Source: Vicugna vicugna
Taxonomy: Eukaryota
Direction: 5' to 3'
NCBI GenBank assembly: GCA_013265495.1
Contig: MU057576.1
Location: forward strand, 282,982 to 346,981
DNA length: 64,000 nucleotides
Shown piece after piece: positions 12,701-26,200 of this stretch (positions are counted from its first letter, which is position 1; the number at the start of each line of letters is the position of its first letter). The notes below the pieces were generated by a model, which worked only from the letters and a program-made list of their open reading frames with translations, had not been told where the DNA came from and made no database searches. The position numbers were made by a program, and so were the translations under genes.

Positions 12701-13059
12701 GGGGAGCTTGTGGTCCTGCTACTCTGCCATCTTGACTGGAAATTTTCCCCTTCAGACTGAGAGCACCACGCCCACAGGCCCCGAGCTGGCAAACCATGTT
12801 AAACTGGTCATCAGGAAACGTGGCTGCTGACTGGATGGATGTGCTCCTGACCCAAAGGCGCAAACTGGCCAGGCTGTCCCATGACGTGCTCAATACAGGT
12901 GATTTTAAGTAAAGCAGCCAATCACCCTGGCTCCCTCTGGGATTTACACGGGAAGAATAGCAGACATTTGGCCAGTAAGTAAAGGCAGAGAAGCAAGACA
13001 CCAGACTAGACAAGACCCAACACACTAAAGCCGCCTCTGTCCCTACCCCAAATCTGAGT

Positions 13060-13420
13060 TCTACTTCAATCCTGTTCTGCATAACAAATCATACCCAACC
13101 CCCACGGTTTACTACAACCATCACTTTATCTCTCAGAATTTTCATGAGGTAGGAATTTGGGAAGGGCTCCGCTGGATGGTTCCGGCTCAGGGTCTCTTAG
13201 GCGTTTGTAATCAGGGGAGAGGAGTTAGAACATTAGGGAGCTGGCGTACCTGGGGCTGGCAGGACAGCTGTCTCTGTATGTCACCTCAGAACTTCCCCAT
13301 GCTGTCTCTCCCATGAGCTGACTGGGACTCCAGGACAGTGAGCCGACTCACACAGCAGCTGAAGGCTTCAAGAGGGAGCGTTCCAGCCAGTGACATAGAA
13401 GCCCATGAGACAAGCTCCAG
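13060..13420 (-). mobile_element. MaLR MLT1-type LTR fragment
   Basis: 'ctgcataacaaatcataccc...aggaatttgggaagggctccgctggatggttc' is typical of antisense MLT1. Confidence 0.65.
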
Positions 13421-13898
13421 TGAGGTCAGCAGAGCTGAAGCGTAAAGCATGAGGGGGGCACAGGGAAAGATAAACCTGGGGAAGTAGGCAAGGACTTTCA
13501 TGCCCAACCAGGGAGACTGGACTTTTTCCTACAGGTGTCCACTCATCCTTCTAGGCCGGGGTGGATGGTTTCCATAGGTAGATGGCCTCTAAGGGGCAGA
13601 GACTGGAAACTGGTGGTTCACAGAGCATCAGGCACGGTGCTTGAATATATTGTAAATATTCCTTAGACTGCGAAAGTTCTTACAAAAAAGTCAGCATTTC
13701 TGGCTTCTTTTGAAAAATTAGGAAATCTGGTCACACTGGACTCTCCCTCGTGCACAGACAAAACACTGGGAAGATAACAGCTGTCCTCTTTAAATGGGGT
13801 GTGTGCTCTCCAGTGAGCCACAGCCCACACTGTCTCCTGTTGCATCACAATTGTCGTGGTCCATTATTTATGTTGACTTTGTAATAAACATGAGCAGG

Positions 13899-13911
13899 TG
13901 ACCTCTGACCT
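13899..13911 (-). promoter_or_regulatory. Perfect nuclear-receptor DR1 element (AGGTCAgAGGTCA)
   Basis: Plus strand TGACCTCTGACCT; forkhead-like TGTTGAC and ATAAACA lie within 30 bp upstream. Motif match only. Confidence 0.4.
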
Positions 13912-14030
13912 CAGGCTCCCCACAGGCAAGACCTTTTGTGGACCCAGGCTTTCAAACCCCCCTCTGGTTTAACACTTGGCTATGGACTGGAAACATTCTT
14001 TCTTCAGTCAAAATGTAGTTTGCTTAAACT

Positions 14031-14691
14031 AAAAATAGACCTACCATATGATCCAGCAATCCCACTCCTGGGCATATATCCAGAGGGAACCCTAATTCAA
14101 AAAGATACATGCACCGCAATGTTCACAGCAGCACTGTTTACAATAGCCAAGACATGGAAACAACCTAAATGTCCATCAATAGATAACTGGATAAAGAAGA
14201 TGTGGTATATTTATACAATGGACTACTATTCAGCCATAAAAAAGAATAGAATAATGTAATTTGCAGCAACATGAATGGATCTGGAGATTGTTATTCTAAG
14301 TGAAGTAACCCAGAAAAAGAAAGGAAAAAAGAGATATCATTCATATGTGGAATCTAAAAAAAAAGAAAAGAAAAAAGAAGACACTAATGAACTTAGCTAC
14401 AAAGCAAACAAACTTACAGACATAGTAAACAATTTTATGGTTACCAGGGGGAAAGAGGGTAGGAAGGGGTAAATTGGAAGTTCAAGATTTGTGAATATTA
14501 ACTAGTATATATAAAATAGATAAACAACAAGTTTCTGTTGTATACACAGGGAACTATGTTCAATATCCTTTAGTAAATTATAATGAAAAAGAATATGAAA
14601 ATGAATATATGTATGTATATGTCTGACTGAAACATTATGCTATACACCATAAATAATTGATACATTGTTAATTGATTATGCTTCAATTTAA
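14031..14691 (+). mobile_element. 5'-truncated L1 with TSD
   Basis: ORF2 C-terminus '[18 protein letters not shown]...'; 21 bp TSD aaaatg(t/c)agtttgcttaaact at 14010-14030 / 14692-14712. Confidence 0.95.
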
Positions 14692-15601
14692 AAAATGCAG
14701 TTTGCTTAAACTCTGTAAACACCATGTGCACAAATGTGTTTTCAATTGTTTTTAAAGAGAAACCTTGTTTCTCCTGTAAAAGATGACCTTGGGGTCAACT
14801 CCCTTGCTAAACTGGATTTGGTAAATTTGTTTAGGACAAGTAGAAATAACTGTGTACTCTGTAAAGTGTAAATCAGGTACAAAGTGACTTCCCTGCAGGA
14901 GAAGTTACCCCAGGTGCCCTTGTGAGCCAGCAGCCTGGCTTGATGGCTGAGCCCCTTAACCCACAGGTGATTTCAGCCAATCAAAACACGGAAATACCCA
15001 CTGAGGGTTGTGTGAGGGAGGTAGTTTATCATACTCCTTTCAACTCTATACATCCTACCCTTTCTTCCAACTCTGAATCCAGTCTCAGCTCTTTCTAAAA
15101 GAAAGCCTTCCCAGATTACTCCAGGTGTGTAGACAGTGCTTACTACCTAGGACAGCCTCTGTGGCTGGTTCTGTGTCTGTATTTACAAGTCCCTGCATCC
15201 CAGCTCTTTCCTCTCTGTGCCTCATCTTCCATCAGACTTTCTTCTGGCCCATAGCTTGCCTGGACCTTGCCCCAGTATGTCTAGAACTCTGGTTTGCCTG
15301 GCAACCTGACACCTTGCTATAGCCTGTCTGGTTGGATCAGCTCTCCCAAGGGCTATTCGTCCCCACTGGCCAGCTCTGGGTCCAGTACCTCATTTTCTCC
15401 CCATGTGTTCTTCCATAACTGCCTGTTCCTATGTATACTCAACGACACTGAAGCCAGTGAGAGGGTGAAAAAATGAAAAGACCGAAAAGAACAGGTTCTT
15501 AGGGGGCAGGCAAAAAAAAAAAATGACCTGGGAAACTCCAGCCAGGGGGCTGGCTGAAATGAACACTGATGTCTTTACTTGGAATTGAAAACGAACCACT
15601 G

Positions 15602-16013
15602 CCAAATGACATTCTAGAAAAGGCACAGCTACAGAAACAATCAAAAGATCATGGTTTCCAGGGATATGGGGAGAGGGAGGGAGGAATGAATAGATGGAGC
15701 ACAAGGGATTTTTAGGGTGATGAAATTATTCTGTATGATACTGGTGGCTGCATGTCATTATGCATTTGTCAAAACTCATAGAATGTACAACATCAAGAGT
15801 GAACCCCGATGTAAACCATGGACTTTGGCTGATAATCATGTGTCCATGTTGGTTCATAGATTGTACCAAATATATCACACTGATGAAGGATGCTGAGGAT
15901 AGGGGAGTATATACGTGTGGGTGGGGAGGGCTGTGTGCGAACTCTGTGCATTTTCTGCTCAATTCTGCTGTGAAGCTGAAACTGCTCTAAAAGAATAAAG
16001 TCTATTAAAAAAG
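15602..16013 (+). mobile_element. L1MC-like 3' UTR retroposon, copy 1
   Basis: L1MC-type 3' end ('gaaccccgatgtaaaccatggactttgg...aaactgctctaaaagaataaagtctatt' + A tail); TSD gaaaa(c/t)gaaccactg at 15587-15601 / 16014-16028. Confidence 0.85.
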
Positions 16014-16961
16014 GAAAATGAACCACTGGAAACATATGGACACATGAGTGGGCATCACTGGTCCACACCTGTTTTTCTGTTCAAATAGGGGAAGCACCAT
16101 CATCAGGACTAAAGAGAAGACCAAGAGGACAGTGAGGGTCTCAGAACTGTTTATGAAAAGGAATCAGAAGCAAGAAAGGGTGAGAGAGACTGGATGCTTT
16201 TTGTCGCTTGCCAGCTGTCCACAGGCAGTTAAGGTGTAATGTGGCCTAACCCACATATATAAAAATGAAACTGTATTGTAATTTAGGGTATATAGATGGG
16301 GCAACAAAAAAGAGTTCACGAGTCAGAAAACGTCACACTTGGATTAAAGTAGTCAGATGATTTAATTGCTGCAGGAAATGATCAATCAGTCATATATCTA
16401 ATACATAATAAACACTGAATAATATCATGGGCGTGTTCAGATGATATGGACCAGGTACCCAGTGAGATCAGATTAGATAATATGCAACATGATGGTTAAA
16501 TGCTGCCCGTCTGTTAATCATCACACATTAAGGCCTTAGGTGACTTCCGGATACCTCCTAAAGGCGTACAATGAGCCAGATACTGGGGATGCGGTGATGA
16601 GAGAAAAAAGACACAAACCCTGACTTCATGGTAATTATGCTCTAGGATTAGTCATCCTCAGCTGAAGGCAGTACCATTCATATCCCCAGGGGACATCTAG
16701 ACATGGAGGGGCACTCTTGGCTGTGTATTGACTAAGGACTGCACTGGCATTTAGCTGGCAGGGACCAGGGATACTAAACATTCTACGTTGCAGGGACTCA
16801 CTCTAGGCCAACAGCGCCCTATGGGAAAACACTGGTAGTGCAGGCTATGGCACCATTTTTAGAGGCAGTTTTTTTTTCATGGATGTTTTTCTTTTTTCTT
16901 TTTTCTTTTTTCTTTTTTGAATCACTTCGCTGAGGTACAATTGACATAGAAAAGCTGTACA

Positions 16962-17102
16962 TTTTTTTGGTAGGGGGAGGTAATTAGTTTTATTTATTTA
17001 TTTGTTTATTTATTTATTTATTTTAATGGAGGGACTGCAGATTGAAGCCAGGACCTTGTGCATGCTAAGCATGCACTCTAGCACTGAGCTCTACCCACCC
17101 CC
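16962..17102 (-). mobile_element. Camelid vic-1-type SINE
   Basis: 'ccaggaccttgtgcatgctaagcatgcactcta' plus T-rich tail. Confidence 0.9.
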
Positions 17103-19149
17103 TTATGATGTTTATTTTTGAAGCAGAAAATTTTCAAATTCCTTTACAGCATTGCTATTTAAATCTCACAGAAGACTTGTCTTCTAAATGACACACTTTG
17201 AAAAACGAGAAGAGCAGAAGTTAAGAGCAGACACTCCTAGGTTTGGATCCCAACACTTATCACTTCCTGGTTTGGACGATGAGAAAGTTAAACATCTCTG
17301 AGTTTCCCAACATGATCTCACTGAGATCTTGTTGGATTGTTGGGAGGACCAAATGCAGTGACATCTATAAATTGCCTTGCACTGTATCTGGAAATCTGGA
17401 TTTTAAAAGAGGTGGCCAGTGTTGACAATGCGGCCCAAGCAGTTTGGATGTGGGAAGAGATGATGTGATGACTGTAGAGTGAACTGGGGACAGGGACTGG
17501 CTTCTTGGAGAATAAGGACACCTGAAGTACTGAAGGGCACAGAGGAATGAAAAGAGGAGAAGGCAGCCCAGCAGGTGAAGGTACAGGACAAGCAGACAGT
17601 GATCCAGGCAAGAAGTCACACCTGTGGGGGGGTATTCCTAGTCCATCGCACATCCAAGGTGTGACTCATTCCCCACACAGGTTCCCCTTAGTGATACCTC
17701 ACCCCACTGTCTTCATCTCTTTAGTGAATCCAGTGACACTCTAGAAGAGAGTGCATTCTCTTGGTCTCCCATGGTCTTGCCTTTAATGATCACCCACAGA
17801 AAGGTCCACTGAGGGTGAGGGCAGAGTCTTAGCAGGGTCTAAGTGAGCGCTTTGCCAAGCCTCTCTTGGAAGGTCATCTCGGAGCCCCATCACTATGTCA
17901 GGTGTAGGGACAGGACCAGGGAATCTAAGCAAATGGACAGCTTGCTTCTTCTCTCCGTAGTCTGGCTTGTTGGTTTGCTTGACATCTTAACTATCTTGAC
18001 AAGATTTCTGCAAAGTTCCTTCAGACCACTTTTGTCAGGCAGAATTCTGTCTCTTGGCCAAAGAGATCCCCCCACTGGCCATGAGCAGTGTTCTTGCATT
18101 CTGGAGGCACTCATGTACCAACTGTGTAAAAGAGAGCAGTGCTTTGGGTGTGTGGAGAAGGGAGGAGGCAGAACCATGGGGAGGGCCTCTCTGCTTCTAG
18201 ACATGTGATCCCCATGCAGACCACTGTAGGCTTTAAATACTTGTCGGGCTTTCTTGCTTGTGGTAGAAAGCCCCAGCTTTACAATTTAAGTATTGGTTCC
18301 ACCCACACTTTAATGAAAGGCAACACCCCCCTCACCCCCGCAGCTGCCAACCCTATGCCGTTTGCCTCTTTCCCCAGATAAAAATATTCAGGAAAAAAAA
18401 TTCAGATACTGGGTAAGAGTTGCTCCATTCTTAGTCTTACCCATGCTTTCCTTTCATTCTCAGTGTTCTATCCAGGCACTTTCCTAGGGCCAGCAGCTCT
18501 TCAAGAAAGTGAGTTACAGCTCCCAGAAGTAGCCAGTGGGGGCATACGTCTGTCCAGTGCTTTGAGATGTCACCAGGCAGATCTCCTTGTTTTGGTTTTA
18601 GCATCTGCCCTTGGCTAAATGCTGAGCTTTCTAATAGGCCCCCTTAATTATTGTGTGGGGGCGTGACTGAACTCTGGTGTTGTCTGGTTTGTTTAGGAAG
18701 GAAACAAAGTAAAGTCATGCAGCTATTTCTTTCTTTTCCTTACTCACATTCTAAAGTTGATAATCAAGCAGCATTATTTATAGAAGAACTTTGTCCTTCC
18801 ATCTTAATAAGGTCTTCCCCCAACCTGAGTTTCTATGCAAAACTCTCATCCTTCCATCTGAACGATGGATTCATTAATCAGAGGGGAGGTAGATGCTCCC
18901 TGTAAGGAAAAGAGCTGTGATAGATTAGTGATGTCTGCCTTGAAAGCAGCATGGACAGGTGGCAAATGTACACCACATGTTTTTCATCCTTGGTCTGTAA
19001 CTAACTAGCTTATGGAATTGCCTTTCCTATTATTCCTAGGGTTACGGTTCATCCCATTGTCTCTGTCCTTGGAACCTATAGCTACCTTTGAAAGAAATCT
19101 ATTTTTACCTGGGAAACTATATCTCATACCTTCATGCCACTCAACTTCC

Positions 19150-19480
19150 TGCGCTCAATCAAGAAATATTTATTGAGCCCCATTCATGTGTCAAATACTG
19201 TTCTAGGGCCCTGATGAAATAACAGTGAACAAGAAAGACAAGACCCTTCCCCTCACAGAGCTTATTTCCTAGAGAGGAAAATGATAAACAAGTACATACC
19301 TAAGAATATTTCAGGTAATAAGTGCCTTAAAGGAACAGAACATGCCCATGTGATAAGAGTGACTGGAAGGGGGTTTTGGTTTTGTTTTTGACATGAGAGA
19401 GACACTCTGGCATGCCTGTATGACACTGGGAAAATTGCTGTCTAGAAAGAGAAACGGATGATGCAGGAGAGAGAAGGAAC
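19150..19480 (-). mobile_element. L2 3' end relic
   Basis: 'aaatatttattgagc...tgtcaaatactgttctagg...acagtgaacaag'. Confidence 0.75.
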
Positions 19481-20094
19481 AATTACAGGAACCCTGTGGG
19501 TACTCCTTTCTCTTCTACATACACGTTCTTCACCAGAGCACATCAGTTTTTCTCTCTCCAGTTGATCTTTTATGGTTTGTGATCAACAGCTTCTCAGTGC
19601 TTCCAGTGTTCTTTTCCACCCTATAAGCCATGACCATTAGCTTCCCAAAGAAAGTCATGCATGAGGGTCTGAGGTGCCCATATATCAAGTGTCTTCACGT
19701 AGGTTTTTTTCTGCTATCTAGGCTCACTTGTAAGTTCTTAAAGTCAATTCAGCTGTCTAGCATGCCATCAACAAGGAATGGTTTCCTTCTCTCATACTTC
19801 TTCAAGAGGGTTCATTTTCTTGATCCGGGGAAAGTGAGAGATTCCCAGACCACCAAATCTCCAAATTTATGACCAGCTGCTCATCCTTCTATAAATTCCT
19901 GAGAAAATAAGTAAATTTAGTATTTATCACCAGAGGATTTTGGCCCCTAATTCCCACATGGATTTCCTAAACTTTGTGAACTCAGCCAGGCCATGCACAG
20001 CCATAATAAAGTTTTTGAACCCCTTAGTCCAAAGTCCAGACTAAATCCAGGCCCAAACTTCATCTTGACCCAAGGAGTGGTGTCAAGTTGAAGT

Positions 20095-20385
20095 CTGACA
20101 GAAACAGACTCACAGACATAGTAAACAATCTTACCAGGGAAAAGGGGGTGAGAAGTGAAAAACTTGGGAGTTTAAGATTTGCAAATGTTAACCACATATC
20201 TAAAAATAGATTAAAAAAATTTGTCCTGTATAGTGCAGAGAACTATATTCAATATCTTGTAATAACCTTTAATGAAAAAATATGAAAATGAATATATGCA
20301 TATATATATGCATGACTGGGACATTATGCTGTGCGCCAGAAATTGACACATGGTAACTGATTATACTTCAGTAATGAAAAAATGT
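20095..20385 (+). mobile_element. L1 3' UTR fragment
   Basis: 'acagaaacagactcacagacatag...gaactatattcaatatcttgtaata...ccagaaattgacac'. Confidence 0.9.
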
Positions 20386-21037
20386 ATATATATATTTTAA
20401 AGTTTGAAGCAAGTAGTCGTTTAGAAGTGCTAGAAGACTTCTAGAACAGAGCCAGCCAAGGCCCAGAGTCCTTCATTAAGCCAGTTGCTCTAGAGGAAGA
20501 GGACCAAGAGCTAAGCAGTCTGGAAAGGAAGAAGCTAGAGGAATGGCAACAGGAAAAAGGAACTGACACAGAAAAGCTTTTAATCCTTTACCGCGTCTAC
20601 CACTGTAGCCGGATTGTTTCCTGGACTTTGACGCCTATCAGGGCTCCTCTTTTCCTTCTCTTCTTCCTCTTCCTCCAGGTCTTCCTTTCCCCGTATCCAA
20701 TGTGTACACGAAAGGTTTGGCCGAGAGGTTCGCTGGCCCTTCCTGGAGATGTGAGCATGCCATCAGCATAAAGCTGACCATTTGCGATTGAGACAGTCAG
20801 ATTCCTCATTTTGGCACGTTGCTTCTTTAGCAACTCCTCCCAGAAAGTGTCCTTTATATTTTCTTGCTCTTACGTTCTAGATGTGAGATTATGATCTGGA
20901 TCCCTGAGATCTGCACCTTATCACAAGGCACTTCTGACATTTTATGGAGGAATGGCTGGGAAGTACAAAAGATGAGCTCATTCAGAAACTTTCCATTTGT
21001 TATGGGTAAAGATCTTAATTGGAAATGTCTCCTTGTG

Positions 21038-21209
21038 GAGGCAGGAGGTGTAGAGCTCGGGTAGTAGAGCGCATGTTTAGCATGCATGAGGCCTTGGATT
21101 CAATCCCCAGGACCTCCTCTAAAAATAAACAGTCAGACCTCATTACCTCTCCCTGCCAAAAAATAAAGTAATATGACAATAAATTAATTTATTTTTTTAA
21201 AAAGAAAGA
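21038..21209 (+). mobile_element. Camelid vic-1-type SINE
   Basis: SINE consensus; TSD aaat(g/a)tctccttgtg at 21023-21037 / 21210-21224. Confidence 0.92.
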
Positions 21210-22616
21210 AAATATCTCCTTGTGCAGTGTTTAAATTCTCATAGCCCGAAGAACAACTCCAGTTTCTTTGCTTCACATCCTAACCTTAACCTGTGTTAAT
21301 TAATCTTGTCAGGTAAAATCTATTTTTGGTGACCTCTCTTGGACAATTGATTTCTGTACCCAGATGCCAATTAAACAAAAGCAAGCCACCATGTTTGTCA
21401 AATGTTTCTTAAGCATGTTCAACAAGGACCAAATGAAAAATCACAACCCAAAACTATCCCATTTGTATCAAACAAATTATGTTATCACGATCTACCCCAC
21501 ATTAACTCAAGGGGAATTTCCTTAGCATTGGGAAATACATCAAAGGTTTATATCTCCTGTAGGAACAACGTTTTTAAATTTAAAAAATAGCTTAGAATGT
21601 AACATAGTTATTGTTCAAATCATATTTCATTCTTATTACTAATCACAAGATTAAAGTGTTAATTATTGGATTTAATCTTAAGCTAAATAAATATTACTCT
21701 GACTTTAAGGGGGACAGAAAGCAAGAGAATGATAAGCACAAAAATGGGACAGACATTCTCTCTTGGTGGTAGGAAGTCAGCGGCATCTTCAACAGAATGA
21801 GTAATATTCTAGGTTATATATTCAGTGGTACCCTCACAGATTTGCTATCACCAGGCTTTATCATGTACCAAAATGTTGCATAACACTTTTTTATACAGAG
21901 CAAATGTTACATAAAAAATGTTCCAGCCTGAGTTATAAGCAAAGAATGCATTATTTTTTTCTTGGACAGGATACCATTATTTTAAACACAAAATTCAAAT
22001 ACATTGTTCTAGTTTTCTGGCTTATTCCCAGCAGGATTTTTTTTTTTTAAGATTTTCAGGAGTTGGATTCACATGTTAATTAATTCCTAAGGTAAAAGAT
22101 ATTTTTGGAGACTTCTTTTGGCCAATTTAATTCTACTGTCAGGTGCTAGTTGGATAAAAGAAAGCTGCCATATTTGTTAGTGTGTTCATTTCAAATGTTT
22201 GGTGCAATTTTCTATGTTCTGCTGTTTCTAAGGTGTTAGAATGAATGTGTTCATGTTCGACTTTCCACTCAATTAGTGGCCTTTTTTATTATAGATTTAT
22301 GAAAGCTCTTCTTATATACAAATGTTTCTCCAGTTTTTCATTTGCTAATTATGTTTAATTTTTTTACTTATAAAAAATTTTACTCCTTAAATTATACACC
22401 AAGATTCCATGATTTCAAATTTGATTTGTCACTCTCCTTTAAGTCTGAAGAACACAATTATATAATTTATTAAGTTCCAAAGAAATAACATTTAGTCTGA
22501 AGTCCCACACTCATAAGAATTAACTGTTCCTGCCTCAGGATACCTGCAGTAAACTTTTAAGTCCACACTAAGACACAAAAATAAACTAGGATGTGTATGT
22601 CATATAAAAAACTTTT

Positions 22617-22790
22617 CAGATAAACAACAAGGTCCTACTGTATAGCACAGGGAACTATATTCAATACCTTGTAATGGCCTATAATGAAAAGGAATATATA
22701 TATATGTATGTGTGTGTAACTGAATCACTATGCTGTACACCAGAAATTAATACAACCTTGTAAATCAACTGTACTTCAATTTAAAAAAAG
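22617..22790 (+). mobile_element. Short L1 3' end
   Basis: 'gataaacaacaaggtcctactgtatagcacagggaactatattcaata...tacttcaatttaaaaaa'. Confidence 0.88.
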
Positions 22791-23286
22791 AATTTAAAAA
22801 ACCATTTCACAGTGTACTGTGAAAAATAACATTAAAATGTTACCAAATTTCAACAATATTATTCATGGTGTTTACCCAATTAGGTTTCAAAATGCCTGAT
22901 CAACTGAATTAAATGCAAATAACTTCACAGAGGCTCTTTAAAAAGTTTTCCCAAAATTTTGAAATGTTTATTGAATTAATATAACTTTTAAGATGTCGAA
23001 GTGTGCTATACATATTGTATTTTCTGCTAGGCTGAGCTAGTATCTTCCATGACAAGATGTGAAAACTATTGACTAGAATTCACTTTAAGATCAACAGGTA
23101 CTTGATTAATTTCCCTGAAACTGTCAACATCATTACCAAAACCATCCAGGATTTTGTAAGATTTGATTATTCAAATACAGTTTTAATTTAAGAAGGGAAA
23201 AAAAGCTCTCATATATTAATGTGAAAACGTTTTTAGCTCTTAAAATTAGATTATCAATCTTCTTCTTTGTTATTTTGGGTTTTTGG

Positions 23287-26200
23287 TTTTTTGTTGTTGT
23301 TGTTGTTTTTAATTGAACTCATGTTTAATAATTACAGGCACCGTGCCCCTCTTCCCCCTGCCCAGGCAGCACCAGGGATGGTGCAGGGGCTGGAGCATAT
23401 GCCCAGCAGTGAGGATGGCAGTCCCAAGAGTGATTTTCAGAAAATAAAAAAAGACCCCAGGGGCAGGCAGTGGTGCCCGCCCCCCCACCACCACCAAGAT
23501 ACACCGAATTTCAAGACTTTATATACATCTCTGCGCCCCAAGGGGAGGAGAAGGACACCTGGCAGCATCCTGGAGGTGTGGCCCCAGGCAGCCCCAAGCC
23601 ATCCTGCCTCTTCAGCCACTTTATTAGCTCAGACATATGGCACCACAGGCACCCACTGCCACTGCAGCTGCTGCCGCCCCTCTTGCAGTCCGGGAGGCTG
23701 ACTTGGCCGTCTGAGGGTCCATGGGGCTCCAAGTCCCCGGCCCCCCAACCCTCAGTTGCGGTCAGACTCCTCCTCCTCTGCCTCACGAAGCCATTTGAAG
23801 AAAGCTGGGACAGATTTAAGGGCCACGCCCTTGCCCTGCTGCTCAGCGGAGTCCTTGCTACTCTCCCAGCTATAGAAGGCATCCTCCTTCACCGCATCCT
23901 CGTCACACAACGCATCAAAGAAAGTCCAAAGCAGGTTGGCAGGCTGTTCTATGGTCACTGCAAGGGCCTGGAGGGTATAAAGTGCCTGCAACTCCTTCTG
24001 CTCATCACACAGGTATTTCTGTAGCAGTTTCGCGCGCGCTTTCAGCACCGCAACGTCCACTCGGAGAGGAGTCTCAAAGATAATTGCGGAATAGCAGACA
24101 GTTGTCATGAGGGCTCGAACTAGTGTGTTGGATGCTACCTGCTGCACACTCAGGTTGGCCTCTATCTAGTCAAACACCCGCTGGTCACTGCTGCTCTCCT
24201 TCAGCAGCTTCAGCTGCCCGCTCAGCTCCTCGGAGGAGAGCAGCCTCTGGCCCAGGGATTCTGACTCCTCTCCCAGGGTGGACTCCAGCTTCTGTGCAGT
24301 GACGAATGCACCGACATCCTGGCCTTCAGGTAGAAATTCCTTCCAGCTGAGTCCAGCCTCTCGCCACAGCATCCCCACCTTTTTGGGACCCGTACTTTTG
24401 CACAGGAGCCCCAGGATCTCTAGCAACAGGGAAGCAGTCTTGCCCAGGGGTCTCAGAGGTTTTGTTAATTCTGCTGAACGGCTTCCCCATGGGCACCCCA
24501 CTATCCTGCAGAATGGGTGTTACCAGTTCTGCTAGGTAGAGCCACTCGTGAGGGATGCCAATTTCCATGTCTTCAGCCAATTCCAGGACTTCATACAGCC
24601 CTTGGCAGTACTGAGCAGCGGAGAGGTGCCCGGCACAGAGCAGCTGGTGCAGCAGCCGCCCCAGTGTGGGCTCAATGCCGTGCCGCACGAAGGTGAAGAG
24701 CAGCGAGGGCGAGGCCAACTCCTGCACACACTGCACTGCCTCCTTCATGTCATTGAGATGGAGGTATTCTTCAGTGATGGCCCTGGATTTCTTCTCCAGC
24801 TCCTCTTCAGAGAGCTTTGCCTTCAGGGAGCTCACCTGAGGCAGGGCAGCTTCTTGCTTCACAGCACCCCACCCACGGCCCCGATCCTCCCCTAAGGCTG
24901 GCTGCCTTGCACAGTCCCTCAGGCCGGGAGGGCCGCTCTCTACTCCACTCCTCCACCTCCTTGCTGAAGCTCCGCTTGGTGGCGGGTGTCCATGCATGAT
25001 CAAGCCGGTCCCTACGGTCACCTCCCCCTTCACTCCGCTCCAGGCAGTCTCCTCGGTCCCCAGCTTTCCCACCTCGTCCCCAGCTTAAGCTACTCCTCTG
25101 TACCACACGTCTGTTATCTGTGCTCTCTGTAGGAACTGCTTGTTGAAGGACTGAGAAGCGATTCAAGGTACTGGACGAGCAGCTTCTGATGCTGGATGGG
25201 AGGGCTTGGCAAGGGCACTGCTGCCCTTGCCCCAGCTCAATCGCCTTCCAGGTACAAAAAGCTGGTTGTTAGAATCAATGAAGCCAGGCTTCGTGATCTT
25301 GATAAGTCATGTGGTTTCAATAGGGCAGCTGCCCTTGCTGATGGGGACTGTGTTCCAGCCACCGTCATCCACAAGTGGAAGGCCACGGCTGATGGGGGTC
25401 CTGGAGGGCCACCCCGACGCTTGTCGCTGCCCTTGGTCATTAGCTGCTGCACTTTTATGTGCTCCCGATGCTCCCCCATCTCAGCCTCCTTGTGGATCTG
25501 GTCAGTTGTCTTGGGACTTGGTCCCCTCGGCTTGACACCCAATTGCTCCGTCGCAGATCCAGTACATCTTGCAGCATAAAGCGGATTCGGGATGAAGTCT
25601 TCTTTTCCTTAATGATTTTTTTCATCTGGTTGAAATACTGATCCATTCAGGGCTTGGCCTTTTCAAAGTCCAGGACTTTGCCAATGACAGTGAGCAGACC
25701 GCAAAGGCGTTCAAGGGACTCTTCGTCGTGGTTCTTAAGTCGTTTAACCACGCAGTCATGCATGATCGCCTCCGCTAACATCTTCAGTTTGAACAACTCC
25801 CCGATGAACTTTATGTTCCCTAAAGAGCGCCGCCAGGCAATGTCTCAAGCCTATTCCAGCTCTTCCTTCAGGCGTCCCCATTCCTCTGCCGTAGCAGCTT
25901 CATGCATCTCTTTTTGCTCCCTCTCAAAAACCTCATCATCATCTTTGTCCTTTTCAAACTCCTTTTGACATTGATTCAACAACAGTTTCCCGAAGTTCAC
26001 AGTCACTGTTGGCTTTTCTGCAGTGGGCACTTTCAGCGCCGTGACACAGCGGCAGATGTTGGCATAGGCCACTGAGTAGTTGGGCTCTGAAATGGCCTTC
26101 TTGAAGATGAGGTCAATGACCCCTTCGAGGCATTCCTCCGTGTCGATGGTCAGCTGCATCACTTGCTTTATCAGCTGCTGGAACATCTGGGGTGTCAGCT

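Noticed and set aside
16080..16140. Isolated plus-strand exon-like segment (ag|GGGAAGCACC...GGACA|gtgagg)
   Set aside because: Short, no recognisable peptide and no partner exons; such matches are common by chance.
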